Of a DNA stretch of 58,988 nt, positions 36,850 to 49,344 are shown in pieces. Position 1 is the stretch's first letter; each line of letters starts with the position of its first letter. The notes under the pieces are model-generated. The model worked only from the letters and a program-made list of their open reading frames with translations. It was not told where the DNA came from and ran no database searches. The translations under genes were made by a program, and so were the position numbers. Source of the stretch: Octopus bimaculoides. Lineage: Eukaryota. The DNA is taken from NCBI RefSeq assembly GCF_001194135.2, contig NC_068982.1:11997522-12056509 (forward strand), given 5' to 3'.

Positions 36850-37170
36850 CTTCATCATCATCATCGTTTAACGCCCACTTTCCATGCTGGCATGGGTTGG
36901 AAAGTTTGACTGAGGACTGGCAAGCCAGGATGCTGCACCAGGCACCAATTCTGATCTGGCATGGTTTCTACAGCTGGATGCCTTCCTAACGTTAACCACT
37001 CCGAGAGTATAGTGGGTGCTTTTTATGTGCCACTGGCACAGGGGCCAGTTAGGCAGCACTGGCAACGACCACGCCCGAATGGTGCTTTTTATGTGTCGTC
37101 AGCACAGAAGCCAGTCAGGAGACACTGGTAACGACCACACCCGAATGGTTCTTTTTATGTGCCATTTAGA
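36850..37170 (-). mobile_element. RTE LINE 3' end (family D)
   Basis: (CAT)n start, terminal motif and repeat units. Confidence 0.85.
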
Positions 37171-37224
37171 TAATTTCTGACTTGCTAATATTCACCCAGG
37201 ACACCATACACTTAATGATAGCAA

Positions 37225-37562
37225 CCTCATGGTTCTGGGTTCAGTCCCACTGCGTGGCACCTTGGGCAAGTGTCTTCTACTATAGCCTCAGGCTGACCAA
37301 AGCTTTGTGAGTGGATTTGGCAGACGGAAAGTAAAAGAAGCCTGTCATATATATATATGTGTGTGCATATGTTTGTTTCCCCAACTTCGCTTGACAACCG
37401 ATACTGGTGTGTTTACGTCCCCGTAACTTAGCGGTTCAGCAAAAGAGACTGATAGAATAAGTACTAGGCTTACAAAGAATAAGTCCTGGGGTTGATTTGC
37501 TTGACTAAAAGGTGGTGCTCCAGCATGGCTGCAGTCAAATGACTGAAACAAGTAAAAGAGCA
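37225..37562 (+). mobile_element. SINE family A, slightly 5'-truncated
   Basis: B-box, CORE-like region and tail. Confidence 0.88.
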
Positions 37563-38011
37563 TATATATATATATATATATATTTCTTTTCTGATGAGGT
37601 GTAAGTCATCATGCGATGGTGGTCTCTTGTAGTCCAAGAAAGATGGTTCTGCAATGCCTTGTTGAATGACCTGCACAAATGATTTTCTTATAGAGATCAA
37701 ATGTTTGGGCTTGACATTAGCTCACTCTATCCATCAAATTGATGTTACCTGAACAGGTGCACAGTGTACTATATGTCAGGTGTCAAAGTGATAGCAGTGC
37801 AATGTGAGATGAAATGTTTTGCCCAAGAACACAATGCAGCACACAGTCCAGGAACTGAAACCATGATCTCTTGATTATGAGTATAACACCCTAAACACTA
37901 GGCTATGACGAACCTAACAAGTCAAACAGTCATATATGACTGGTTGACATTAAATTCACCTGCCAAGAACATAGCAAGTCATATTATTTTTTTAATTGTG
38001 GACATTAAATG

Positions 38012-38320
38012 TGAAGGTGCATGGCTCAGTGATTAGAGCATTGGTCTCACAATCATGAGGTAGTGAGTTTGATTCCTGGATGGGCTGTATGTGTTTTTGA
38101 GCAAGACACTTTATTTCACATTGCTCCAGTTCACTCAGCTGTAGAAATGAGTTGTGATGTCCCTGGTGCCAAGCTGTATTGGCTTTTGCCTTTCTCTTGG
38201 ACAACATCAGTGGCATGGAGAGAGTAGAGGCTGGTATGCATGAGCAACTGCTGGTCTTCCATGAAAAACCTTCTCTAGACTTGTGCCTCGGAAGGGAACT
38301 TTCTAGGTGCAATCCAAAGT
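38012..38320 (+). mobile_element. tRNA-headed SINE, B-like head with a different tail
   Basis: A-box TGGCTCAGTGA, B-box-like GAGTTTGATTCC and CORE-like TTGAGCAAGACACTTTATTTCAC. Confidence 0.65.
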
Positions 38321-38831
38321 GGGTCTTTACCCTTTCAGACTAAAGTCATTAGTATAGGTGATGGTTAGCAGTCAGCTCACCAATGCCTTTGTAACTACCA
38401 ATATCTTTTTATAAACCTAGATGTCTTAGATGTAGGCATCTAAGGTATGCATATGTATTTTCTCTTTTGCTGGTTCCAGTAGACTGTGGTTATGCTAAGC
38501 CACTGCCATTTGGAAAATATATTTTGAGAACATGTCTAGCAATATCTTTTGACCCATGCAGTATCAATCTCTCTCTCTCATTTTTTTGTTTTTTTTTTTC
38601 TGTATGATTAGTTCTATACAAAAATTGTTTCTCTTCAGTCTAAGCCTTTGCTATTTACTGTAAACAATCTCATCATTGCCTGGATGAATTTATACCTCAC
38701 TCATGAAACTCATTTTACTGAAATATAAAATATTCTCTTTCAGAATATTTAATCTTTCAGTTTGCTATTTTATTCTCTATCGTTACAATAGAATTATTAG
38801 ATTTCTAATATACTTTCACTTATATTTTCAG

Positions 38832-38875
38832 TCCAATGTTCACCAGCAAACATAAAACTCTTCTACAAATTAAAG
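38832..38875 (+). CDS. Candidate 44-bp exon (PMFTSKHKTLLQIK or QCSPANIKLFYKLK)
   Basis: TTTTCAG acceptor and AAG|GTAGAC donor; two frames are open. No homology recognised. Confidence 0.25.
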
Positions 38876-40149
38876 GTAGACATTTTAAAAATATATATAT
38901 TTTTTCCTTTTCCCTCCTTTTGTATTGTACTTTCACTGTTTGTGTGTTTGCAAGAATTTTAGCTAATTTGGTTTATCAAATTATCAGCCCAAAAGATAGC
39001 AGGAAATGTTCTTCTCCACAATCCTTGCTGTAATTACTTGGCTGTTATTGATTCTCTTCTGATTACAATCATGATGTATAGTTCTTAGCAATATTCATCT
39101 ACTATTAGCATAAATCTAATGTTTCATATATCACCCTTTTCTCAATATTTTGTACTTCATGTTCATTAATTTTTTTCTCTGTTTTCATATAATAGCAATT
39201 ATGATGTTGTTGTTGTCATGATAGCAGTAAGAGTTGTTTATCTTCAATCATCACAACATCCACCTCCTCATCAGCAGCACATTATCATTATTATTATTAT
39301 TTTTTCATCAATTGCTTTGTCACCAATATCGTTATACTTATCATTATTATTTGCTATATGAATTTCTTCTATATTTGTCTTTGTTATTTGTTTTTTTATG
39401 TTTTATTTTCCTGTTGTTATGGAAACAAGTTTGTTATAGAAATACAATTTCCGAATAAAGAAATTTATTTTGAGTGCATCAGACAGAAAACGTGAAGAAT
39501 GATCTTGTTTGAAATCAATATATCTCCAAACTTAATTCTCTGTCAAGTTATTTAGAGTTTGATGAAATCTTTCTAAATCACAATTATTTTTAGCTTCTTA
39601 TTATCAAGCTTGTCTGTATTTTTATAATGTATAATACAATGAAATAAATACTGTAGGTTTTAATGTTTTTCAAAATTGGTCAAATTAAAAAAGTTGTACA
39701 AAAGTTATTGAATTAGATATCAATTTTAAAAGTTGAAACTCTTCCTCAAAATTTATTGATTCCAACAAACTGAATTCAAGAGTAGACAGCACTTCTCCAG
39801 ATGGTTAGTATCGGGAACTGTACTATCTTCACTTGTGGAAACACTGGATAATTGCCTGGGAGGTTCTCAGAGGTCCAGGAACTGAATTCTAATCAATGGT
39901 TGCTGTGGTGATGCATGGACGGGTTCCAGTTCATTGCTTTGCTTGGTGAAAGGGTGGTGGAGGACTCAAATGTTTAACACTTTAGCATTTTAACTGGCCA
40001 CATCAGACCTGAATATTCTACTGGTGTCATGTTCAATTTGCCAGATTTGACCTTTCACACCTGTCCTACAATGTCATTCTAAAATGAAACAATCACATCA
40101 AAATTTCAAAGCTACAAGATAATATATAATTTACTGAAAATAATGGTAC

Positions 40150-40362
40150 TGGTGCCACATTAAAAGCACCTGTGCCTGTGACACAAAAAAGCATCCATGC
40201 TGGTGCCATGTAAAAAACACACAGCACACTCTGTAAAGTGGTTGGCATTAGGAAGGGCATCCAGTAGGAGAAACCATGCTAAAACAGACAAATGGAGCCT
40301 GGTATAACTCTCTGACCTGCCCACTCTGGTCAAGCCATCCAACCCATGCCAGCATGGACAAC
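40150..40362 (+). mobile_element. RTE LINE 3' end (family D), abutting the Helitron break point
   Basis: Repeat units and terminal motif. Confidence 0.75.
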
Positions 40363-42239
40363 TGATTACCTCCTGAAGGCCAAAAACAGCCATGTCTGAC
40401 CCCTTGTTGACATACTTGCACATATAACTTGATGGCTTTCAGAGTTACAAAACTCAATGTGTGCTTCGAAGATCTTTGGCAGAAGGGGACAATATGGCAT
40501 GATCCACCTGTTGTCAACTTCAATTACGTGGACTGCACTTGCGTTGATAGTAGCTTTATGTCCTCCTTGGCCTGGCTTACGACGCCTGTAGCTCAGGTAT
40601 CCATCATGGCCAGTCTCTGTTTGGGCAATGAATTGTTTAGGGTAGCCTTTACTGCACTTTCCATCAACCATGCAAGGAGAGTCCCTGTCGAGAGGGCCAC
40701 ATGGACCATGCACCATCTGACTTCAGGATCTTCTGTTTTGTCAGGAAGCTTGGCGCTAATGATGGAATCAATTTGACTTGGATGAATTTCGTCTTTAAGC
40801 CAGATTAGGATGTGGGCATGTGACAGGACCTCATTTCTGCCATTCAACTGTGTACATGTGGAAAGCAGTTTCACCAAAGATGTGATGCTTGGTAATAAGT
40901 GCTAACATCTTCAATAGCTTTTGCTGAAACACACGTGCCAAAAGGTCATGCCTTAGTGAGAATGTTGTCCTGGTAGAAGCAGGGCCTTGATTTCATTCCA
41001 CAGAGGGTTGCAAGAGAAGGTCACGAAAAGATCGGGCCGTCCATATGTCCTGACATAAGGTCATTGCATCCTGCGTTCTCTTGTGCATATACCAAGGGCT
41101 CCCTGTGAATGTAGATGGCAGAATGACCAACCGTCCCATGTTGCTGACATCACGATCCGCTGCAATGTCATCGCGCAGGTGAACACATGACTCCGCACAT
41201 CGCTTTTCCTGATGTTGTCGAATGAAGAGAAGGCGCTCACTCTCAACCTTTGCAGAGACAACCAGGAATTGATGGAGGAGGTGACAGCACTGCAGAAGAT
41301 GTCTTGGGTTGGCAGGGCGGATCATCCGTATGTAAGCGTAGTAGTCATTGGGTGAGACCTTCTTGTTAGTGGGCAGTTTTGTGGTGGGATCTACTTGTGA
41401 AATATTAAAATGATATTCATCTTGCCCTTGCCAGAAGATTAGTGGGTAATGCAGAGCATCATATGACTGATGAGTTTCTGAAACGTATGTCAGTCTGGAA
41501 TCTTGCTGGTAAATGATGATGTCTCGGCGATAGTGTTGTTCACTGACCAGGAGAATGGCCACTTATTTCACAGCTAGTGCATTGAAACGACGTTCAGGCT
41601 CACCTACTGGTCTCTTATTTGACCTGATTACTACTTTAAAGTTACCATTTGGACGTGGCTGTTCCATTGATGTCTTGAAGTTTCTTATCAGACCATTGTG
41701 GGTGTGGGGCATTTCTTGCAAAGATATCAGTGTTTCTGTCAAGAAGGGAACTGCTGTACCTTGGTCGTAACTGACACAAAAGAGGGTGTTGCTCCTTGGT
41801 CTGGCTGACACAAAAGAAGAAGAGATAGGAAATGTCTGTAGACTATGGTCAGTTATGTAGGTCAAACCGTAATCAAAGGACTGACCTTTCCTTCACCAGT
41901 ACAAGTCCTTAGGGGTCAAGTGTTTTCTCATCAATTATCTGGTGGAGGATTTCGCGCTTCTTTTGACAAACAATCGGGTAGATTTGGTTTCAAATCTCAG
42001 ACAGGACCAAGCGTGGTCTCTACATACGTATTGGAAAATCAATGTACAATATACAGCATGTTATTCAATTAATTGAGAAAAAGGAGTCTATTTCCGTATA
42101 AAAAAATTTTCCTCACATAACTATATATGTTACGTATATGAAACAGATCTGTTGACAATTGAGCAATTAAATAAAATCTCCGTATGAAAATGTTTTTATC
42201 ACACACACACACATCTTACACAAATAGAAAGCTGAAGAA

Positions 42240-43130
42240 GGCATAACTACAGATTTTTGCCCCCGAATTTGGATAACTTTCAGAAAAATGGGGTTTTTTT
42301 TTTAATGAAATTTCCTACGAATATATGTTATATCATGTATATTCCAAATATACAAATTTGGGGGAGGAAGTTTTTCAGGAAAATGGATATTTTTTAATGA
42401 AATTGTCTACAAATATACATCGGGCTATGTAGATTCCGAACATATAGGATGTTTGGGGGAAACAATTGGGGTTTATTTCTGAGAACTATTCCCAACTCGG
42501 GAGTGTTTCTGAACAAGTCATCCATATTTGTTTCATTTTCTCCGTTTTCGTGCGTTTGTGAATCCTAGCCGTAAAATTTCGGGGAAAAAATTGAAAAGTG
42601 ACGGAGGTGGGGCATATTTGTCGATAATTTAATTAACAAATATTACATGAAAGTACCTTTTGAAATTCTTTGCACACGCACATATCTCATTTGCCTTCAT
42701 TGCCTGTTGCTCTTGTAGAAATCTACGGATGCAGAAACTCACAAACCGAAGAAAAAGTAACAAATATGGACGACTTGTTCAGAAGCACTCCTTCGCGGGG
42801 AACAGTTCTCAAAAACAACCTTCAATTGTTTTCCGCACAAATTTCTATATGCTCCGAATGTACATAGCCCGAGGTGTATTTGTAGACGATTTCATTTTAA
42901 AATATCCATTTTCCCGAAAGTTAAGACGAATTGAAGTAGACTTCGGTGAATTTTGCGAAAATCATCCACCACCTCCTAAAACACTCCCCACCGCAAAAAA
43001 AATGTGTATTTTCAGAATGTACATAGAATAACACATATTCGTAGAAAATTTAATTAACAAATATCCATTTTTCTGAAAGTTATGATCATCCAAAGTCGCG
43101 GGGAGCAGAAATTTGTAGTTAAGGCGCCGG
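42240..43130. repeat. Degenerate ~340-420-bp-arm inverted repeat with internal sub-repeats
   Basis: 42240-42578 aligns in reverse complement to 42712-43130 (e.g. CGGGCTATGTAGATTCCGAACATATAG vs CTATATGCTCCGAATGTACATAGCCCG). Confidence 0.8.
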
Positions 43131-43349
43131 AAAGAATGCAAAAAATTAAAGTACCTTTAGAAATTCTTTTTTTTTTATCTGAAATCGTCACAACTGAATA
43201 TCAAATGTTAATAAGGCGACTTGTTCCAAAAAAAAGTCCGAAATATATATTGGTGGAAAATCAAGGAAATGGTGTCTATTTCCGTGTGAAATATTTTTTC
43301 TCACATGAAAGTACCTTTTCAAATAACAGAAACGGTCATCACTGCAATG

Positions 43350-43450
43350 AGGTACGCATGCGCGTATATGCAAATGAGTGGTTGGGACGTCAAATACAGG
43401 AAGTTGAAACTCAGTTACTACGTCAGAGCGCCAAAGACAGGAAGTTCAGA
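43350..43450. promoter_or_regulatory. CpG-rich cluster of promoter-type motifs
   Basis: NRF1-like CGCATGCGCG at 43355, octamer ATGCAAAT at 43368, CRE-like GACGTCA at 43386 and TACGTCA at 43419, ETS CAGGAAGT at 43397 and 43438. Confidence 0.45.
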
Positions 43451-43724
43451 AAACCATTTGAAGAAGTGAATCTTTATAGCTATATATAAAGCAATATTAT
43501 TTATTTTTACTAAGAAAAAATAAATCAAGGTCAAATTATTCATGTACCCCAAGTATGGTACACATCGTTGATTGGCTAAAATTACCCAAATACGACAGCT
43601 TTAACACGAAATAACTTCTAAGATATGAAATTTTGTCAAAAATGTTCAAAGTAAACTGTGTTCTAGGTGAGGAATTCCACCAGTATACAAAATCAATTTT
43701 AAAATTTGTGTGCCAAACTGAACA

Positions 43725-43990
43725 GATCCACATTTTCTACAATAGCCCTAGGCTGACCAAAACCTTGAGTGGCTTTAGTACACAGAAACTGAAAGAAGTT
43801 TGTCATATATATATATATATATATATGGTGTTTTACATCTCCTGCAACTTTGCAAAAAAGACCAACATGAATAAACATCAGATTTTTAAAAAATATGTAC
43901 CGAAATAAGTACTAGAGTTGATTTGTTCAACTAAACCTGTCATGGTCATGCCCCAGCATGGTCACAGTTTAATGACTAAAATAAATAAAA
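43725..43990 (+). mobile_element. SINE family A, degenerate
   Basis: CORE-to-tail similarity. Confidence 0.6.
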
Positions 43991-44951
43991 AACAAACGAT
44001 AACCCAGTCTCAATACATTTATACTCAAACACCTTTATGTGCTTACAGAAGTTAATTTGTTCTCATGGGGAAAAGGTTTTTTGAGGTGGCTGATGTTACA
44101 CTATTCTCTTGTATACCAAGCTTGTCGTAGCCACTCATTTTAATGTTAGAAACTTTTGTTGAAAACTTTTTAGGCACACTTTGTATTGATTGTATACAGT
44201 TGAGAAAGGCAATAAAAATTTAAATATTTATTCATTATATTCAATGGAAATTATGAAAAATAATCTGTGTATTTATGAAGCCTGATATTTTTAGAGGAAT
44301 GAAGCATGAATGTTTTATAAATGAAGTGAAACTGTTATTACTAGAAATTGAAATTTATTCAATAACTCAATTCCTCAAGAATTTACTGATGCACAACGAT
44401 AAATGCTAACATGCATATTACAAGATGCCAAGGTGGCCTTGGACACTAAGCATCTGAATTAAAGTCAAAGGTTGCTAACAGACCGCTCTGATGAATGAAA
44501 TTAAAATTAATAAAAATTTTGAGTACCATCTAGTATTTTACTTGAAAATTTATTTCTTCTCAGTATGTGCACAGTTAGAAGCTAAAACAAATAGAGATTA
44601 ACTTAGCTAAAGGTCAAAGGTTATTTTGTACTTTCTTACAATCAATTAATTATCTTACTAAACAAATGCTGATAAATCCATTGTGATAAATGATAACAGC
44701 TGACAAGTTTACTAATTTCCCTCTGTCCTGCTCACACTATAAGCTAGTTCTTTGTTAACAACCCAGAACTACAATTTATCTTGAATGTTCTTTTTCTGAT
44801 TAGGTTTGAATTTGAGTTTGTCATATTTATGTTTAATTCCCAATCATTAACAGTTGTTCCCCAATGGGCCCATTTTGTGGGTCTGTGACATGCATCCTAC
44901 GTGCTGCTTTTAATGCAAGTGTAACATGGGCTACTACAAAAGCTAACAGTA

Positions 44952-45175
44952 TAGTGATCCCTTGCAATATCGCGGTTCACCTATCACAGTTTATTATTTA
45001 AGCTTACACTGATTCCTCCGTGGTGTTGTTTTGCATTTATAATAAAATGAATATATACAAATTATCAAAATAAAAAAAAAATATATACAATACAGTACTG
45101 TTTCTACTTTGTGGATTTTCACCTATCACCAGGGGGTTTTGGAATATAACACCTGCAATAGTCAAGAGATTGCTG
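44952..45175. mobile_element. Tigger-type MITE (224 bp)
   Basis: TA-flanked TIRs TAGTGATCCCTTGCAATATCGCGG / CAGCAATCTCTTGACTATTGCAGG (rc). Confidence 0.7.
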
Positions 45176-45249
45176 TATATATAAATGTAAAAATATAAAA
45201 TGACATTATAATATAAATATGAAAATAGCATTATGATGTTTATCATAAT

Positions 45250-45390
45250 CTTTTCTACTCTAGGCACAAGGTCCAAAATTTTGGGGGAGGGGGCCAGTTG
45301 ATTAGATTGACTCTAGTACACAACTGGTACTTAATTTATCAACCCCGAAAGGATGAAAGGCAAAGTCGAGCTTGGTGGAATTTGAACTCA
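45250..45390 (-). mobile_element. SINE family C, 5'-truncated
   Basis: Family body and tail. Confidence 0.8.
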
Positions 45391-45477
45391 TAATGGTTAC
45401 TGAAAGTGGTTGACTATTATAGCAAGCCTCATTGTTTGACTAGTATTTATTTTACCCAACACTTTGTTTTGAATATG

Positions 45478-45970
45478 CTGTGACTGTGTGATCAGAAGTT
45501 TGCTTCCCAACCATATGCTTCCAGGTTCAATCTCACTGCATGACACCTTGGGCAAGTGTCTTTTACTGTAGCCTCAGTGAGTGGATTTGATAAATGGAAC
45601 TGAAAGAAGCCTGTCTTATATATATGAATGGCTTCAGCCACCTGTATTATAATGTATTTAATATATCACAGTGTTAATTTATCATTATAATGTCTTATTG
45701 TATGTATACACACACACACACACGCACACACACACACAGATATATATATGTGTGTGTGTGTTTGTGTTTTTGTGTCTGCGTTTGTCCCTCACTACTGCTT
45801 TACAACTGGCATTCATGTGTTTATGTCCCTTGTAACTTAGTGGTCCAGCAAAAGAGACTGATAGAATAAGTACCAGGATTTAAAAAATGTACAGGGGTTG
45901 ATTCACTCAATTGAAAATTCTCCAAGATGGTACCCTAACATGGCCACAGTTTAATGACTGAAACATGTAA
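45478..45970 (+). mobile_element. SINE family A variant
   Basis: Head, CORE-like region, long microsatellite and tail. Confidence 0.8.
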
Positions 45971-46029
45971 AAAAAAAAAAACCTTAATAATCCCAGTGTC
46001 CTAGTATCGACCAGACATCAGATGCTGTT

Positions 46030-47215
46030 ATACACTGCTAGTCACAATGCACTTCCAAATCTATTTGATTTTCCAACTTTACCCAAATTGCTTAACTAAA
46101 TCATCTTCCTACTGTTATGGGGCCAACCAAGGAGCTTTTGCTACCATAAAATCCCATGTAATTTACGCATATTTTCACAAAAATAAAAATAAACATTAGG
46201 GTTGCGTAAATTACATGAGTAGATTGTTTCCAGAATTTTTTAAGAAATTTTTTTGTTGAAAAAAGACATACAAAATGTAAACATTTGTACTGGAAGTTGA
46301 CTCATTTGGTGTCACAATAGGTTTTTACAGAAAAAAATAAGGGCTTAAATATAATAAAGTTGACTTTTATTTATGCTGGACAGTATAATGCTTACTTTTT
46401 CTGTATAAATTTGCTAAAACCATTAAATGGTTAACTACTTTTTGAAGTCTGATGTTCATGCTGGTAATCATGGTCTGGGCCATAGTATTATAAACAACAC
46501 AAACACTTTGTAATTTAATAACTTTTAATGTGATACCTGTTAAACGGAAATTATTTTTATTTAATGAAAATTTAATAAAATCTAATCATTAGTAAGTGAA
46601 ACTATGCTAAATACAACTAAATTGAAAACCTTTACCTCCTGGCTATATTGGCAATTCTTAAAACTTTTGGGTGTGAACTTTACATGAGCAGAAGCTTTTT
46701 TTTTAACAAATTTTATCCTGAAAATCACCTGCATAAATTACACAGGTGTACAAATTACATGGGTCTTTACAGTACTCTTTTGGATACCACTTGGCAACTG
46801 CATAGGTTCACCTGTTGTCGGTGAACTTTGCAACATGTCTCTAAGCCCAAGGGAACTTGTGCCTTCAGTTTTCTGCGATTGCATCATTCAATCCACTCCA
46901 TTCTTGAATTATCTCATTTTGATTATGCTCTTGTAATGATAGTCCTAGCAGGTATCATTCCATGGCCCTTTGCATTATAGTCAATTGTTCTTTCCTTTTT
47001 GCAATTGCCTGCATCTCACTTGTGTATAAGAACACAGGTAGCACGGTGCTATTGAAGAGTCCGGTATGTGTGATATGGTCTAGTTATGTTTTGAGCACAT
47101 CCTTTATTGAGTTAAATGCCTTTCGTCCTGCACTTATTCTTCTTAAGATTTTCGCTTCTATATCTTGGTGCACATTCACTGTGTGCCCTAAGATATACTG
47201 GAACCTTAATAACAA
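46030..47215 (-). pseudogene. RTE-clade LINE RT C-terminal fossil split by a pogo-type MITE
   Basis: LGHTVNVHQDIEAKILRRISAGRKAFNSI...LFNSTVLPVFLY...QRAME...HVAKFTDNR...WYPKE|*QKLLGWP. Confidence 0.85.
46144..46772. mobile_element. pogo/Tigger-type MITE (629 bp)
   Basis: TIRs CCATAAAATCCCATGTAATTT / CTGTAAAGACCCATGTAATTT (rc), TA duplication at 46142-43 and 46773-74. Confidence 0.82.
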
Positions 47216-47451
47216 TGGTTTCTATCTTTTGAATGTGGTACCAAATTTTTAAAGTTGGATTTAGTCAAAAACTAAATAACTTACTGCTTAGAGTCTAACA
47301 TTCTGCAGGGGTTCCAAAATAATTAAAAGATATATGACTTCAACTTTTGTTAAATCTTCTGTTGCAATTTTTTAACACGGGGGTCTCTTAGCTTTATACA
47401 GCTTAGGGTTTAACTCGTCTAGATTAAGTACTACCCAACACAGCAGCAGTC

Positions 47452-47660
47452 TCAAATTTTGGCTCAAGGCCAGAAATTTTGGAGAGGGTGCAAGTCAATT
47501 GCATTCACCTCAGTACATAACTGGTACTTATTTTATGAAGTCTAAAAGGATGAAAGGCAAAGTCAACCCTGGTGGCATTTGAACTCAGAGTGTAAAATTG
47601 GAAGAAATGTTACTAAGCTTATTTTTCTGAAACAGTAATGATTCTGTCAACTTGCTACCC
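47452..47660 (-). mobile_element. SINE family C, degenerate
   Basis: Family body and B-box. Confidence 0.7.
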
Positions 47661-48921
47661 TACTGCCCAACACAATATTGGTCATTAGTTTATCAATCCC
47701 TGAAAAATATTAAAAAAAAAAAAGAAAGAATAAAAATCAAAACTGAACTTTATAAAATTTGAACTCAAAACATTTGAATTTATGTAATGGTTTTATTATC
47801 GCATTAGAATTATTTTATGTTTGGTATTTTCATTTAATTGATCTCCACATAATTTTTGTGATTACTACTGGTGTAAGAAACTTTAAAAAAAAGTTATTTA
47901 CCGTATCCCTTTAATAATTTCTAACATTACACCTTCTTCACCACTTTATTAAGGATATTAAAAACTGAAGTCCTATTTGGAACATAAGTCTAAACTTCCA
48001 TTGAACTTCCTCATTTAATATTAACATATTAATTTCTAAAATGCAATAAATAATCTGACTATGAAAACAGGCTGCTTTAAACAGTGAAGTGAAATTAATT
48101 TCTGCCCAGATTAAAATCTGTTTATGAAAGAAAACATGAGTGTTAACATATCTCTTGAATCAAGTTTCTATAATGAAATGTCTGAACAGCTAAGACAACT
48201 TTGATTTAATGTTTGCTTTATATAAAGTATCCTTCTCGTGATTGAAATATATCCATTGGTAGTGTAAGAAACATATAGAAATAAATCCTATTTCTATTTG
48301 GAAAGGAACCTGCAAGTATTTCAAGTACTAAGATTTAATCTTATATGTCTGTTCTAACAAAGAACTGTAGGCTTTTTGCCTCCTAGTCATGAGATAATAA
48401 AAACAAGCAAAACAAAATAAAAAGAAGTAAAAACAGCAACGAGGTCTGTGTAGCTGACGCTGCACTTGTAGATATCTGATTACAACTCAAGTGAATATCT
48501 CTCAAATATCTCAAAATATGAAGACCAGAGTTAAAAGCAGAACATAGCTTTTCAAAGAAATTTTTTTTGTTTTTTTAATAAGTCTGTATAGAATCATAAA
48601 CATAAATTTGAAAAACATTGGAGAAATAAAATCCTCTTCTAAAAAATTGGCTTCTCAAATATAGAAATAGTCTAAGATGTCTACATATGTTTATATTTTA
48701 ATGGATTAATTGATAGATAATTAATGGATTAACAAATTGTAATCTATTAAGAAAACAGTAATTTACAAAATTTAAAACATGACGAGAAACCTATTTTTGT
48801 TTCTTTAACTGTGCTCCTACATATTTTAAACTATTTACATATGCAAAAATGTATTAAATATAACATTGACATATTATTATTGGCAAGCTGGCATATATTA
48901 TTATTATTATTATTATTATTA

Positions 48922-49160
48922 TATGAAAACTCACAGCCTATATTGCTGGGTATGATGGAAAGTATCAGCTGTCCACAATCAGCAGACTAAGACGACACTT
49001 GTTTACCGGTCATGCTTCAAGAACCATGCGAAGAATTCTTGCAGTTCCAAGCAATGCTGATTTTTGTAGGTGTTCACCTTCCCACTTCTTTTTCAGCCAT
49101 GTTCATAGTTGAGTCCTAATATTTCCAAGTGCACCAATTACTACGAGTATCACATCTACT
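48922..49160 (-). mobile_element. R4/Dong-like non-LTR element 3' end with (TAA)n tail
   Basis: VVIGALGNI...LQKSALLGTARILRMVLEA*, then a 3'UTR and (TAA)n at 48895-48921. Confidence 0.85.
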
Positions 49161-49194
49161 CTCTTCATTGACCACGACCTTCATATTTCTCACT

Positions 49195-49335
49195 TCAAAT
49201 CGTTGCCTTTCATCCTTTCGGGGTCGATTAAATAAGTACCAGTTACGCACTGGAGTTGATGTAATCAACTTAATCTGTTTGTCTGTCCTTGTTTGTCCCC
49301 TCTATGTTTAGCCCCTTGTGGACAATAAAGAAATA
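49195..49335 (+). mobile_element. SINE family C variant, 3' part
   Basis: TTGCCTTTCATCCTTTCGGGGTCGATTAAATAAGTACCAG. Confidence 0.7.
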
Positions 49336-49344
49336 ATAACTATT

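Larger units (their letters stand above)
40366..43490 (-). mobile_element. Helitron remnant: Rep (HUH) region with long 5' non-coding segment, helicase absent
   Basis: Frameshifted pieces from ~42010 to 40366: RRFNA, YDALHYPLIFWQG, VILPSTFTGSP, HAHILIW (HUH), HGPCG...GKCSKGYPK, VDNRWIMPY, KYVNKGSD. Assigning 42040-43490 to the element is inferred. Confidence 0.85.

Noticed and set aside
38480-38560. Strong acceptor followed by a VDCG... sushi-like peptide
   Set aside because: The nucleotides are a decayed reverse SINE A tail (TCTTTT.CT.GTT.CAGT..AGACTGTGG..ATGCT), and the cysteine spacing does not fit.
42660-43489. 123-aa and 135-aa + strand ORFs upstream of the Helitron Rep
   Set aside because: They lie in the fold-back and sub-repeat region, show no recognisable motifs and are antisense to the Rep.
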